Under the pieces are notes generated by a model. That model ran no database searches. It worked only from the letters and a program-made list of their open reading frames with translations, and was not told the DNA's origin. A stretch of 64,000 bases of DNA from Candidatus Binatia bacterium (GTDB lineage: Bacteria > Desulfobacterota > Binatia > Bin18), in NCBI GenBank assembly GCA_963664395.2, contig OY761159.2, positions 2,560,001 to 2,624,000 on the forward strand, in the 5' to 3' direction. This document shows positions 30,320 to 39,877 of the stretch, one piece after another. The position numbers and the translations under genes are program-made. Within the stretch, counting starts at the first letter, position 1. Each line of letters begins with the position of its first letter.

Positions 30320-31063
30320 GTGCACTGGGCCCGCGGTATTGATGAGTTGCAACGCTTTTCCACGCCGCCCTATGGCTGCCTGTATCTCCCGGCGGAAACG
30401 GCCTCTCTGACCTACCGCATTATCCGCGACCTGACGCCTCAACAGTATAATGAACTCCTCAGACGAGGCTGGCGGCGCTTTGGCTGCGAATTCTTTCGGC
30501 CCGCCTGTGCGCAGTGTGTCCAGTGTCGGAGTCTGCGCCTGCCGCTGGCCGATTTTCGACTGTCTCGCAGTCAGCAGCGCAGCCTGCGTCGCAATGCGGC
30601 GATTCGGGTCGTGGTGCAAAAACCGACCCTGACCCGCGCTCACCTCCAGCTCTTTAACGCCTACCATGAGTACATGCACACCCAGCGCGGCTGGCCCCTA
30701 CAGACGACAAACGAACGGACGTATGCCCACAGCTTTCTCTTGGGTAACTGGAGCTTTGCCCGCGAATTCCTGTACTACGACCGAGAGCGTCTGGTTGGTG
30801 TGGGCCTGGCGGATGTGACGCACGAGGCTCTATCGAGCATCTATTTCTTTTACGACCCAGATTGGCGGCCCCACGCGCCCGGAGTCTTTTCGATTCTGCG
30901 CCAGGCCGCCTATGCACAGCAGCACGGGCTGCGTTACCACTATCTGGGCTACTGGGTCGCGCAGAGTACCTCCATGGCCTATAAGGCGCAGTACCGCCCG
31001 CATCAGATTCTCCGGCGCCATCCGCCGGATGAGGAAGAGCCGGAGTGGGCAGCGCCCGAATAA
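30320..31063 (+). CDS. Bacterial ATE1/Bpt-like aminoacyl-tRNA-protein transferase
   Basis: C.YLP, GWRRFG..FRP.C..C..C, LSSIYFFYDPD, YLGYWV...MAYK..YRP. Confidence 0.9.
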   Translation: MHWARGIDELQRFSTPPYGCLYLPAETASLTYRIIRDLTPQQYNELLRRGWRRFGCEFFRPACAQCVQCRSLRLPLADFRLSRSQQRSLRRNAAIRVVVQKPTLTRAHLQLFNAYHEYMHTQRGWPLQTTNERTYAHSFLLGNWSFAREFLYYDRERLVGVGLADVTHEALSSIYFFYDPDWRPHAPGVFSILRQAAYAQQHGLRYHYLGYWVAQSTSMAYKAQYRPHQILRRHPPDEEEPEWAAPE

Positions 31064-31087
31064 TCTATGCGGAATGACCTGGCGCGT

Positions 31088-32377
31088 TTACCCATTCACG
31101 TGCCGCGTGAGCGGAATACCAAACTGCGCGGCGGCGTTCTCGCCCAACATCCGGGCAATAAGCGGCTTTTCCACATCGGCCTGCGTCAGGGTCTCGATCG
31201 CATCCCAGGCACTTGTCGTATCGTGATGGGGGTAGCGCGAGCCCCAGACGATCTTTTCTGCAAAGTCGTGCGGTAATCGCTGGATCATGCGCTCTTCCGC
31301 ATCAAAGCCGAGCATCACCCGCCCTTCTTCCCACAAGGCTTCGGGGTCGGTCCGGACCGGATAGTAGTTGAGGAGAGGAATCGTCTTGGTCGAGGCCTCC
31401 ATCTTCTCTAACACTTCCTCCATCCATGACGCCTTGCCATGCGCGACCACCACTTTCAGCTCGGGAAAGCGCTGCATGACCGTAAAGCCGATCAGCGTGG
31501 AGGCAACGAACATATGGTTATCGAGCCAGCCGGAGAGAATCGGGGAGACCGGATGGCCGACCGCCGGGGACGAAAAGAAGGAAAAATGCGCCAGGCCGTT
31601 GCCACCACCGGCAGTCGGACCGCCGCCGGCATCGCTCACCAGGGCGTGTTGATTCAGCCGATTTTTGACCTTTTCAATAAACGGGCCGTGTGACGTCCAC
31701 TCGGGGTTCCACAGCCCAGGCGTCGGATGGACCACCGCGGCCACGCCCAAGCGCTCCAACTCGGCCCAGAGCGGGTCGTAGTACGGATGGGTGAAATAAT
31801 GCCCTTCAATAAACATGGGCCGGATGAAGGCACCCCGGAAATGCGGCAGCTCGGCCACCCGGCGCAGTTCTTCCAGCGCAAAATCCATGTTTTGGAGCGG
31901 CAGCATGGCCGCGGCATAGAGTCGCGCTGGGGCCGTCTGACAGAAATCGGTCAGCCAGTTGTTATAGGCCCGGGCCAGTGCGGCCGCCACATCCGGGTCC
32001 TCGATCAGATGAAAGCCCTCGGCAAACCAGGTGGGGTATAGAAAGGCCTGGTCCACGCCCATGGCGTCCATGTCGGCCAGTCTGGCGTGCGGGTCTGACG
32101 CGCCTGCGCTTTTGGCGTGCGGGGTATTGGGGTCGAGGTCGCCGACCTGGTCCCAGGTCATGCCCGGCTTCCAGATGGCATGACGGGGGATGTTCGGATT
32201 CATGGGGTCGCGGAACATCTTGCCGTTGACCTTGAGATACGAGCCGTACTGGCCTTCCTCGCGCCACAGGGCCGTTTTGCCGAGCGTGCGGAACTCCGGT
32301 TCCAGGTAGTCCTCCCAGACCGCCCGCGGCTCGACGACATGGCTGTCGCTATCAAAGACGGCAAACGGCCTGGTCAT
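31088..32377 (-). CDS. Amidohydrolase_2 family protein (C-terminal motif SRYPHHD)
   Basis: FDSDSHVVEP, DMDAMGVD...YPT, AYNNW. Confidence 0.88.
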   Translation of the reverse strand: MTRPFAVFDSDSHVVEPRAVWEDYLEPEFRTLGKTALWREEGQYGSYLKVNGKMFRDPMNPNIPRHAIWKPGMTWDQVGDLDPNTPHAKSAGASDPHARLADMDAMGVDQAFLYPTWFAEGFHLIEDPDVAAALARAYNNWLTDFCQTAPARLYAAAMLPLQNMDFALEELRRVAELPHFRGAFIRPMFIEGHYFTHPYYDPLWAELERLGVAAVVHPTPGLWNPEWTSHGPFIEKVKNRLNQHALVSDAGGGPTAGGGNGLAHFSFFSSPAVGHPVSPILSGWLDNHMFVASTLIGFTVMQRFPELKVVVAHGKASWMEEVLEKMEASTKTIPLLNYYPVRTDPEALWEEGRVMLGFDAEERMIQRLPHDFAEKIVWGSRYPHHDTTSAWDAIETLTQADVEKPLIARMLGENAAAQFGIPLTRHVNG

Positions 32378-33816
32378 ACCCGGTCTCCTTCAGCAGCGTG
32401 GCCGTTGACCCGGTGGCCGCCTTCACCGTATGGCTGGACAACCGATGCTTCGGGTTCAAGTGCGTGTTGAATTTCCGTTTCAGACGGCCACCAGTCCGGG
32501 CGTTCGATTTCCGTCACCCGTTCGCGGATGAAGGTCTGCGGGGTGTCGATATGATACAGCTTGCGGGCGTTTTCCCCGAGAAACTTCGTCTGATGGGACT
32601 CGGGCAAATTGCACTCGCGCATCATCTCAAGCGCCCGCCAGGCATCATCGCCATCATGATGGTAGACATCCGAAGACCAGGCCAGAATATCGCCGTAAAA
32701 CTCGGGCAAGCGCGACGGCGGGGATTCATCCCCCTCAAAGCCGGTCACGCAATGTTCGAAAAAGGTCTCGCTGGGGAGACGTTTGAGCGGCGGCAACTCA
32801 CGCTCGTTGCGATACAGCCGGTAATTTTTATCGCACTCGTCCAACAGAAAACTCAGCCAGGTGGATGAGGCCTCAAACACCGCCGCATTAAGCTTGGGAT
32901 ATTTCTCAAAAAAGCCCGACATCAGCACCATGACCACCCAGAGCGCCGCTTCGGACTGAAAGTTCTGGACGTTGGTCAAAAATTGATGCGGCAGGTTTGA
33001 GGTGACTACCGTGCGGGCAATCAACTCCGCCCCGGAATACTGGGCCGTATAGCCCGGAGGCTTGAGCGCGCCAAAGGCCGGGAAGGGGTGCATGCCGTAG
33101 ACCATGCCGGTCTCTTCCATGGCCTGCCAGACCGGCTCGTATTTGGGCTGAATGGGATAATTGCCCATGGCGTCAATCGGACGCACCAGACCGACTCGGC
33201 AGCCCTTTGCCGCCACCCGGTAGAGTTCCTCCACGGCAAAGACCGGGTCCTGCATGGGCAGCAGGGCGGCAAAAAAGATGCGCTCCGGGTCTGCCTGGCA
33301 ATACTCATACGCCCATTCGTTATACGCCTTGCACATGGCCTTGGCCCCGACTGCGTTTTGCAACCAGGGATAGGTGTCGATATCGGTCGGGATAATCATC
33401 ACCTGGTCTATGCCCTGCACGTCCATGTCGCGCAGGCGGGCCTTAGGTTCATACGAGCCCTTGTGGTCCAGATAGGCGGCCTGCTCCTGAGAGATCGCCG
33501 TCTCCGGGTGCAGATTGCGCACATTGAGAGCGCGCTGAATGTTATGCTTGAGTCCCGGCCCGGCCAGCGAAAGGATATTCACAACGCCGGGTGTGCCGCC
33601 GATGCGTTGCGAGCCCAGGCCCGCGCCGGCATGGCCGTTGACAATGAGCTGTTTGGTGTCTTGGTCAAACCACATCGTGGTCTTGAGCGCTGCCAACTCA
33701 TCTTGTGTCAGCCAGTCCTTGGCCCGCTCCCAGATCCAGGGCGGCTCGGTGACGTGGGCATCGCAGTCAAAGGTTGGAAAATCCTTTGTCATTGGCGTGA
33801 ATTTCTGGGTCGGCAT
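32374..33816 (-). CDS. Amidohydrolase_2 family protein
   Basis: FDCDAHVTEP, DMDVQGID, AYNEW, WSSDVYHHD; ATGA-coupled to the next gene. Confidence 0.9.
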   Translation of the reverse strand: MPTQKFTPMTKDFPTFDCDAHVTEPPWIWERAKDWLTQDELAALKTTMWFDQDTKQLIVNGHAGAGLGSQRIGGTPGVVNILSLAGPGLKHNIQRALNVRNLHPETAISQEQAAYLDHKGSYEPKARLRDMDVQGIDQVMIIPTDIDTYPWLQNAVGAKAMCKAYNEWAYEYCQADPERIFFAALLPMQDPVFAVEELYRVAAKGCRVGLVRPIDAMGNYPIQPKYEPVWQAMEETGMVYGMHPFPAFGALKPPGYTAQYSGAELIARTVVTSNLPHQFLTNVQNFQSEAALWVVMVLMSGFFEKYPKLNAAVFEASSTWLSFLLDECDKNYRLYRNERELPPLKRLPSETFFEHCVTGFEGDESPPSRLPEFYGDILAWSSDVYHHDGDDAWRALEMMRECNLPESHQTKFLGENARKLYHIDTPQTFIRERVTEIERPDWWPSETEIQHALEPEASVVQPYGEGGHRVNGHAAEGDRV

Positions 33817-33817
33817 A
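33749..33817. repeat. 69-bp exact direct repeat, copy 1 (5' end of the amidohydrolase gene)
   Basis: Identical to 38027-38095. Confidence 0.95.
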
Positions 33818-34084
33818 TTCTTCCTCCTTCTTTGTATTCGGACCGGACGCGCGACTCAGTGCGCTACGCGAAAAGAGCAACACCTGCTTCCAGCCGGGTT
33901 TCCATTGTATTGTCAACATCCTGAGAAACTTGTCAATCTCGAAGCGGTCTCATAAAGAGCAGCGGCGCAAGATGAGGATACAGCCGAGGTGGACGAAGCC
34001 CAGAGAGTTGGCGGGCTGATACTCAAAGCGGGTCAGGATACGGCGATAGTTTTGCAGCCAGGCAAACAACGCCCGACTTTCGCC

Positions 34085-34480
34085 CGACCCCAATCAAGCG
34101 GTGGGGTTGGGCGGCGGTGAGCCGCCGGGCGAGAGTGGCCGGGACCAGGGTGACTTCATACGGTGCAGCAGAGGCCGTGTGGACGGCGCCAGGCAGACCC
34201 TGGCGGTCTGCCACCGCCATGAGCTTCGTCCCTTTGCCCCGCTTGGTCGCTCCCCCGTCCGTTTTTTTCGCTACGATGAAGGGGCATCGCTGAAACACTC
34301 GCTCAGGTCCAACTCGCCCCGCGTCCGTACATCCTCGGCCAGCGCCTCCAAGACGCCCCGCAGGACGCCCGCCCGCACCCACTGCTGGAAGCGGCGAGGG
34401 CACGTCTGGTATGGGGGAAACCGCTCCGGTCAGTCCTGCCCCCGCGCCCCCGAGCGGAGAATCCACAAAATCCCACCGTG
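34085..34480 (-). mobile_element. Degenerate IS5-family transposase fragment
   Basis: GILWILRSGA..D*PERFPPYQTC.RRFQQW...ELDLSECF, then a frameshift to TKRGKGTKLMAVADRQGLP...EVTLV; internal stop. Confidence 0.85.
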
Positions 34481-34610
34481 TCGTAATTTCCTCCCATTTT
34501 GGAGGCGCCAGAAGCGGCCGGACTGTGTAGTGTTTTGTCGGCGGCGGGTGATGCCGCATCAGTCCGGTCCGGCGAGACCAGGGTGCCGAGGGGCACGTAA
34601 GGGAGAGACG

Positions 34611-37600
34611 ATGGTACACGACCAGCGAATCCAGCGAAGGGCGTCCTATTTTGCACTGCGGACTACGGAAGGGGGCCGAGGCGGCTGGTCCGTTGGCGGG
34701 CTGGGGGTGGTGCTGTTCCTGCTGGCGGCCTTCGTGGTGCCCTCTAGCGGAGTAGAGGGGGAGCCGCGGGGGGTGGTCGAGAATCCGGGGGCCAACTCGT
34801 ATCAGAGTGGGATTGGCCTCATTTCGGGCTGGGTGTGTGCGGCCGACTTAGTGGAGATTGAGATTGGGGACTTTCTGCCGCAAGCGGCTGCGTATGGCAC
34901 CGAGCGAATGGACACGGCCGGGGTGTGTGGGGACGCGGACAACGGCTTTGGCTTACTCTTCAACTGGAACCTGCTGGGGGCCGGCGAGCATACGGTACGG
35001 GTGCTGGCCGATGGGGAAGAGGTTGGGCAAGCGACCTTCACGGTGACGACGCTGGACGCGGAGTTTCTGAGCGGGGCTGAGGGGGAATGTGTGGCCGAGG
35101 ACTTCCCGGCGATGGGCCGGACCGTGACCTTGGAATGGCAACAGACCAGTCAGAATTTTGTGATCGCGGGCGGGAGTGCCCCGGCAAGGGCTCACACCGG
35201 CACCCGGCCGAGTGGTCTGACGGGGTATCTGGAGAATCCGGGGGCCAATTCGTATCAGAGTGGCATCGGAGTGATTTCGGGCTGGGTGTGTGACGCCGAC
35301 ACAGTCGAGATTGAAATTGGGACCACCGGGCGGCAGGCGGCCGCGTATGGGACCGAGCGGCTCGATACGGAGTCGATGTGTGGCGATATGGACAATGGCT
35401 TTGGGTTGTTGTTCAACTGGAATCTGTTGGGCGAGGGCGAGCATGAGGTGGTGGCATGGGTGGATGGCCTTGAGTTGGGGCGGGCCACGGTGCGGGTGAC
35501 GACGCTGGGGGCGGAGTTTCTGCGGGATGTGGAGGGGGCATGTATGGTCGAGGACTTCCCGGATATGGGACAGACCGTGACCTTGGAATGGCAACAGACC
35601 AGTCAGAACTTCGTGATTGCCGGGTATGAGGCGGTGGACGAGGGCGGTACGCCGTCCGAGGAGCCGCGCGGGTCGGCAACGGGAGGCGGGTCGGCAACGG
35701 GAGGCGGGTCGTCAACGGGGGGCGGGTCGTCGCCGAGGAGTGTGAGCGAGCCGGCAGGCGGGGACTTGCCGAAGCATACGGGTACCACGGGGCGACTGGT
35801 CGCCGGGCAGGCGGTGACGGGACGGTTTCACTCCATAGAGGACGGAGACTGGTTTGCCGTAGACCTGAAGCGGGGCTACCAGTACGAGTTCCAGATCAGA
35901 GCTGGAGAGACCAACCCGTCTGACATCCCGAGCATACAAGGACTGTATGACGATGTCGGGCGGACCATTGGATGGACGCAGGTTGTCTCAGGCCGGAGGC
36001 AGATGAGTTTCACGGCCCTGCGGACCGGGCGCTACTATATTGGCCTCATTACTATCGACAGTGTGCCTTCCAATAGAGAGGGCATCGGCACCTACGTGTT
36101 GACGCTAACGGCCGAGGCGGGGACGCTGCCACCCGCGCCGCCGCCACCCGACGACTATGGGGAGGCGATGGATGACACGACGGCGCAGCTCCCGGTGGGA
36201 GGGTCGGTGACGGGCGTCCTCAACTATGTGGACGACCTGACCTATGGATACGATCATGATGTGTTTGCCATGGAGTTGGTAGCGGACCAGACTTACCGGA
36301 TTGATATAAGACGGACCACGGGCGGAGCCCGGCTCGACCTGCGGGGGATCTACGATGCGCAGGGCAGGCAGATTCCCGGCACAGCGGAGGCCGACTATTT
36401 GTTGAGCTATCCGCATACCCGCCAGTGGTTCACGGCGACGACGACCGGCCGGCATTACATTGTAGTGAGCAGCCACAGCGCTCCCTTTTACTCCGGTGGC
36501 CTCGGCCCGGTGCACCCGACCGAGGATTATCGGCTGTCGGTCGCAGACATGGAGCCCTCCGACGACTATACGGCGGACCCCATGACAACGGGGCGGGTGA
36601 CGGTGGGCGGTTCGGTGACGGGCCGATTTGAGCAACCGCGGGATGAGGACTGGTTTGCGGTAGACCTGGAGGCCGCCAGGACCTACCGAATCGATTTGAC
36701 GAGAGAACCCGAGCAGCAGGGATACTCCCCTTTTGGGTTAGACCCCTATTTGGCCGGGGTCTACGCTGCTGCGAGCACCCGTCTGCCCAACACGACAAAT
36801 GACGATGGGGGAGCTTACAAGAATGCGCAGGTGTTTGTGACGCCGTCTGTAACGAGGACCTATTATATTGCGGCGCGCAGTAAGTATGGCGACGGGGAAT
36901 ATGAGCTGGCGGTGGTCGATGAGACGGATGTGCCGGCGAATACGAGTACACGGAAGCAGGTGCAGGTGGGCGGCTCGGTGTCGAGCAAGATCGCAAATGA
37001 TGCCGATGTGGATTGGTTTGCGGTAGAGTTCGTGGCGGGCCAGACCTATCGGATTGACCAAAATCTCGGCGGCCCCTGGTGGAGCCCGGATCTGAAGGGG
37101 ATTCACGATGCGCAGGGCACGCTGCTTGCCAACGACGACTATTTTATGGTCCCGTATTCCGCCGTCCGGCAGTGGTTCACGGCTACCACGACGGGCAAGC
37201 ACTATATTGCGGCGGGCGGTTTCTTGGCATTCATAAATGAGAAAACGGGCACCTATACGCTGTCGGTGGTGGCCATGGTCCCACCAGACGACTATGCAGC
37301 CGATACGACGACGACGGGGCGGGTGACGGTCGGGGCCACAGTGACGGGCCGCTTTGAGCGCCAGTACGATGAGGACTGGTGGGCGGCTGAGTTGCTGGAT
37401 GGCAGAACCTACCGAATCGATCTGACCCGCGAGGACTTTATCTGGACGAGTTCGATAAGTGGCTATTACAACCCCCTGAAGACCAAAATAGCCGGAGTTT
37501 ACACGGCCGAGAGCGTCTTGCTGCCCAACACCACAAAGGACAGCCCGAGCTCCCCTTCGGATCTGCGGGTGTCGGTGACGTCGTCGGAATCGGGGACGTA

Positions 37601-38030
37601 TTACATTGCGGCCCGCAGTGCTCATGGGGAAGGGGAGTACAAGTTGAAGGTCGTACCCGCCACGGACGACTATGCATCCAACAAGATGACGACGGGGCGG
37701 GTAACGGTGGGAGGCTCGGTAATGGGCGAGATTGGAGCGGCCAACGATTTGGATTGGATCGCAGTCACCCTCGAAGCCGGAACGTCTTACCAGATCGATC
37801 TGGAAGGCGTAGACACGGGTCAAGGAACCCTTCCAGATCCCTACCTGAAAGGGGTCCACGACGCGGATGGCAACTGGATTGCCGGCACTCGGGACCTTGA
37901 CAGTGGCGAAGGGCTCAACAGTCGCATTCAGTTCACCCCGCAGGCCCCCGGAACCTATTATATTAGCGTCGACGCCCTTCCGTCTAGAATCAGAACCGGA
38001 AGCTACCGGCTGTCGGTGACGGCTGTGTGA
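34611..38030 (+). CDS. Large secreted/surface repeat protein: two ENPG..SYQSGIG.ISGWVC domains, Gly/Ser linker, six PPC-like beta-sandwich repeats
   Basis: RBS AAGGGAG before ATG 34611, hydrophobic N-terminal segment, repeated DDY..TTGRVTVGGSVTG...D.DWFAV.L.AG.TYRID. Confidence 0.85.
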   Translation: MVHDQRIQRRASYFALRTTEGGRGGWSVGGLGVVLFLLAAFVVPSSGVEGEPRGVVENPGANSYQSGIGLISGWVCAADLVEIEIGDFLPQAAAYGTERMDTAGVCGDADNGFGLLFNWNLLGAGEHTVRVLADGEEVGQATFTVTTLDAEFLSGAEGECVAEDFPAMGRTVTLEWQQTSQNFVIAGGSAPARAHTGTRPSGLTGYLENPGANSYQSGIGVISGWVCDADTVEIEIGTTGRQAAAYGTERLDTESMCGDMDNGFGLLFNWNLLGEGEHEVVAWVDGLELGRATVRVTTLGAEFLRDVEGACMVEDFPDMGQTVTLEWQQTSQNFVIAGYEAVDEGGTPSEEPRGSATGGGSATGGGSSTGGGSSPRSVSEPAGGDLPKHTGTTGRLVAGQAVTGRFHSIEDGDWFAVDLKRGYQYEFQIRAGETNPSDIPSIQGLYDDVGRTIGWTQVVSGRRQMSFTALRTGRYYIGLITIDSVPSNREGIGTYVLTLTAEAGTLPPAPPPPDDYGEAMDDTTAQLPVGGSVTGVLNYVDDLTYGYDHDVFAMELVADQTYRIDIRRTTGGARLDLRGIYDAQGRQIPGTAEADYLLSYPHTRQWFTATTTGRHYIVVSSHSAPFYSGGLGPVHPTEDYRLSVADMEPSDDYTADPMTTGRVTVGGSVTGRFEQPRDEDWFAVDLEAARTYRIDLTREPEQQGYSPFGLDPYLAGVYAAASTRLPNTTNDDGGAYKNAQVFVTPSVTRTYYIAARSKYGDGEYELAVVDETDVPANTSTRKQVQVGGSVSSKIANDADVDWFAVEFVAGQTYRIDQNLGGPWWSPDLKGIHDAQGTLLANDDYFMVPYSAVRQWFTATTTGKHYIAAGGFLAFINEKTGTYTLSVVAMVPPDDYAADTTTTGRVTVGATVTGRFERQYDEDWWAAELLDGRTYRIDLTREDFIWTSSISGYYNPLKTKIAGVYTAESVLLPNTTKDSPSSPSDLRVSVTSSESGTYYIAARSAHGEGEYKLKVVPATDDYASNKMTTGRVTVGGSVMGEIGAANDLDWIAVTLEAGTSYQIDLEGVDTGQGTLPDPYLKGVHDADGNWIAGTRDLDSGEGLNSRIQFTPQAPGTYYISVDALPSRIRTGSYRLSVTAV
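35670..35731. repeat. 18-bp tandem repeat (GGGTCGGCAACGGGAGGC, ~3.5 copies) encoding a GSATGG linker
   Basis: Seen directly in the sequence. Confidence 0.9.
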
Positions 38031-38095
38031 CGTGGGCATCGCAGTCAAAGGTTGGAAAATCCTTTGTCATTGGCGTGAATTTCTGGGTCGGCATA
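38027..38095 (-). pseudogene. 69-bp direct repeat, copy 2: 5' stub (MPTQKFTPMTKDFPTFDCDAHV) of the amidohydrolase gene with its own SD
   Basis: Exact copy of 33749-33817; upstream GAAGGAGG on the minus strand; frame closes after ~34 codons. Confidence 0.9.
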
Positions 38096-38346
38096 CATTC
38101 CCTCCTTCAGGATATTGGTATCAAGAACGGCTTTCGGCGCGCTCCCACAATCGTGCTCCCATAGTCCGGCCAACATACAGCGATAGCGGACAATACTCAA
38201 ACCTGTTTTCTCTTCATCCTTCCAGAAATCCTTCAGGAGGACGGGGAAAAACCTGACTTGCCCAAGCCCGTTGATTACCATACCTTGCTACATTCTTCAG
38301 GACAGCCATTTGAGGCTGTCGGAGAAACCTGAAACGGGAGGTCAAG

Positions 38347-39810
38347 ATGAAACAGCGAACGCGAAAACGCCTTGTGATTATCGGTGCCGGCTCAGCCGGC
38401 CTGTGCATGGGCGTGCAGTTGAAAAAAGCCGGTATCGACGATTTTGTCATCCTGGAAAAAGGCGGTGGCATAGGCGGCACCTGGTGGCGCAACTCCTACC
38501 CCGGTGCCGAGTGTGATGTCCAATCACACCTGTATTCATTTTCGTTTGCACAAAAAAACGACTGGTCCAAACCCTTTGCCGGGCAGGCCGAGATACTGGA
38601 ATATCTCAACCGCATTGCCGACACCTACGGCCTGCGGGCGCATATCCAACTCAATACCCCGGTTCAGTCGGTCCACTGGCAGGACGAAAGTGCGCGCTGG
38701 CTGGTTGGCACGGAATCCGGCGAGGAATTTGAAGCCCACGTCGTGGTCAGTGCCCTGGGCATGTTCAACAATCTGGTGTGGCCGTCCATTCCCGGCAGGG
38801 AGGACTTTCAGGGCACGGCCTTTCATTCGGCGGGTTGGGATCACCGCCATGATCTGACCGGCAAACGGGTGGGTGTGATCGGCATTGCCGCCAGTGCGAT
38901 TCAATTTGTCCCCGAAATCGCTCCCCAGGTCGAACAGCTATGTTTGTTTCAACGCACCGCAAACTGGGTTGTGCCCAAAGGCAACACGCCGTACACACAA
39001 GAACAGCTCGAATACTTTCGTCAAAATCCGAGCGTGGTCCGGGAGAATCGAGCCGAAATCTATCAGACCTGGAATACGATCTGCACATTTAATGATAAAA
39101 AAGTGCTGGCCGAGATCGAACGGGCCGGCCTGGAACGGCTCGCCGTTGTTGAAGATCCCGACGTGCGCCGCAAACTGACGCCGACCCATCCCTTCGGCTG
39201 CAAACGCCCCTTGTTTTCCGACGTATACTACCCTGTTTTCAATCGCCCCAACGTCGAACTCCTGACCAAAACCATTGAGAAAATCACGCCAAACTCGATT
39301 GTCACCCGAGACGGTCAGGCGCGCGAGCTCGACACCATCATCTACTCAACCGGTTTTGAGACCACCACCTATCTGACCGCCCTGGATGTCACCGGGCGTG
39401 ACGGCCTGCGTCTCAACGACGCCTGGAGCGATGGCGCCCAAGCCTACCTGGGCATGACGACCACCGGCTTTCCGAACCTCTTCATGCTGTATGGTCCGAA
39501 TACCAACCAGGGCTCGATTCTGTTCATGCTGGAGTGTCAGTGTGACTACATCATGCGCCAGCTCAAGCGGATCGACGACGAGCAGCTCGCCTGGATAGAT
39601 ATTCGCCCGGATGTCATGCAGGATTTCAACGCTCAATTGCAGCGCGACATCAGCGCCGTGGATGTCTGGCAGGCGGATTGTGGCAACGATTTTTACTATC
39701 GCTCCCGGTCCGGCCGTTTCGTGACCAACTGGCCCCATTCCATGGACGAGTTCACCGCGCGGACGACGCAGCCGGACGGTGATGCCTATGAGGTCCGGGC
39801 CGCGAACTGA
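38347..39810 (+). CDS. Baeyer-Villiger / flavin-containing monooxygenase
   Basis: GAGSAG, GGTWWRNSYPGAECD, FQGTAFHSAGW, GCKRP, STGF. Confidence 0.92.
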   Translation: MKQRTRKRLVIIGAGSAGLCMGVQLKKAGIDDFVILEKGGGIGGTWWRNSYPGAECDVQSHLYSFSFAQKNDWSKPFAGQAEILEYLNRIADTYGLRAHIQLNTPVQSVHWQDESARWLVGTESGEEFEAHVVVSALGMFNNLVWPSIPGREDFQGTAFHSAGWDHRHDLTGKRVGVIGIAASAIQFVPEIAPQVEQLCLFQRTANWVVPKGNTPYTQEQLEYFRQNPSVVRENRAEIYQTWNTICTFNDKKVLAEIERAGLERLAVVEDPDVRRKLTPTHPFGCKRPLFSDVYYPVFNRPNVELLTKTIEKITPNSIVTRDGQARELDTIIYSTGFETTTYLTALDVTGRDGLRLNDAWSDGAQAYLGMTTTGFPNLFMLYGPNTNQGSILFMLECQCDYIMRQLKRIDDEQLAWIDIRPDVMQDFNAQLQRDISAVDVWQADCGNDFYYRSRSGRFVTNWPHSMDEFTARTTQPDGDAYEVRAAN

Positions 39811-39877
39811 ACGAACTGAGCACATTGAACGAAAGAGTGCATGGCCGCACTCGCGGAAGAAGATGGAGAAGCACACT

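Noticed and set aside
34420-34440. In-frame TGA in the IS5 fragment as selenocysteine
   Set aside because: It replaces the Leu of the DLP motif in a frameshifted, decayed transposase, with no Cys/redox context.
34101-34610. N-terminal 170 aa of the 1309-aa ORF
   Set aside because: Mostly antisense to the IS5 remnant; ATG 34611 has an RBS and precedes the hydrophobic segment.
35750-38030. Diversity-generating retroelement acting on the repeat protein
   Set aside because: No reverse transcriptase and no TR/VR pair differing only at adenines; the variation includes indels.
36738-38048. 436-aa minus-strand ORF (similarly 16453-17799, 56018-57142, 60723-62162)
   Set aside because: Antisense shadows of real genes in GC-rich DNA with no recognisable motifs.
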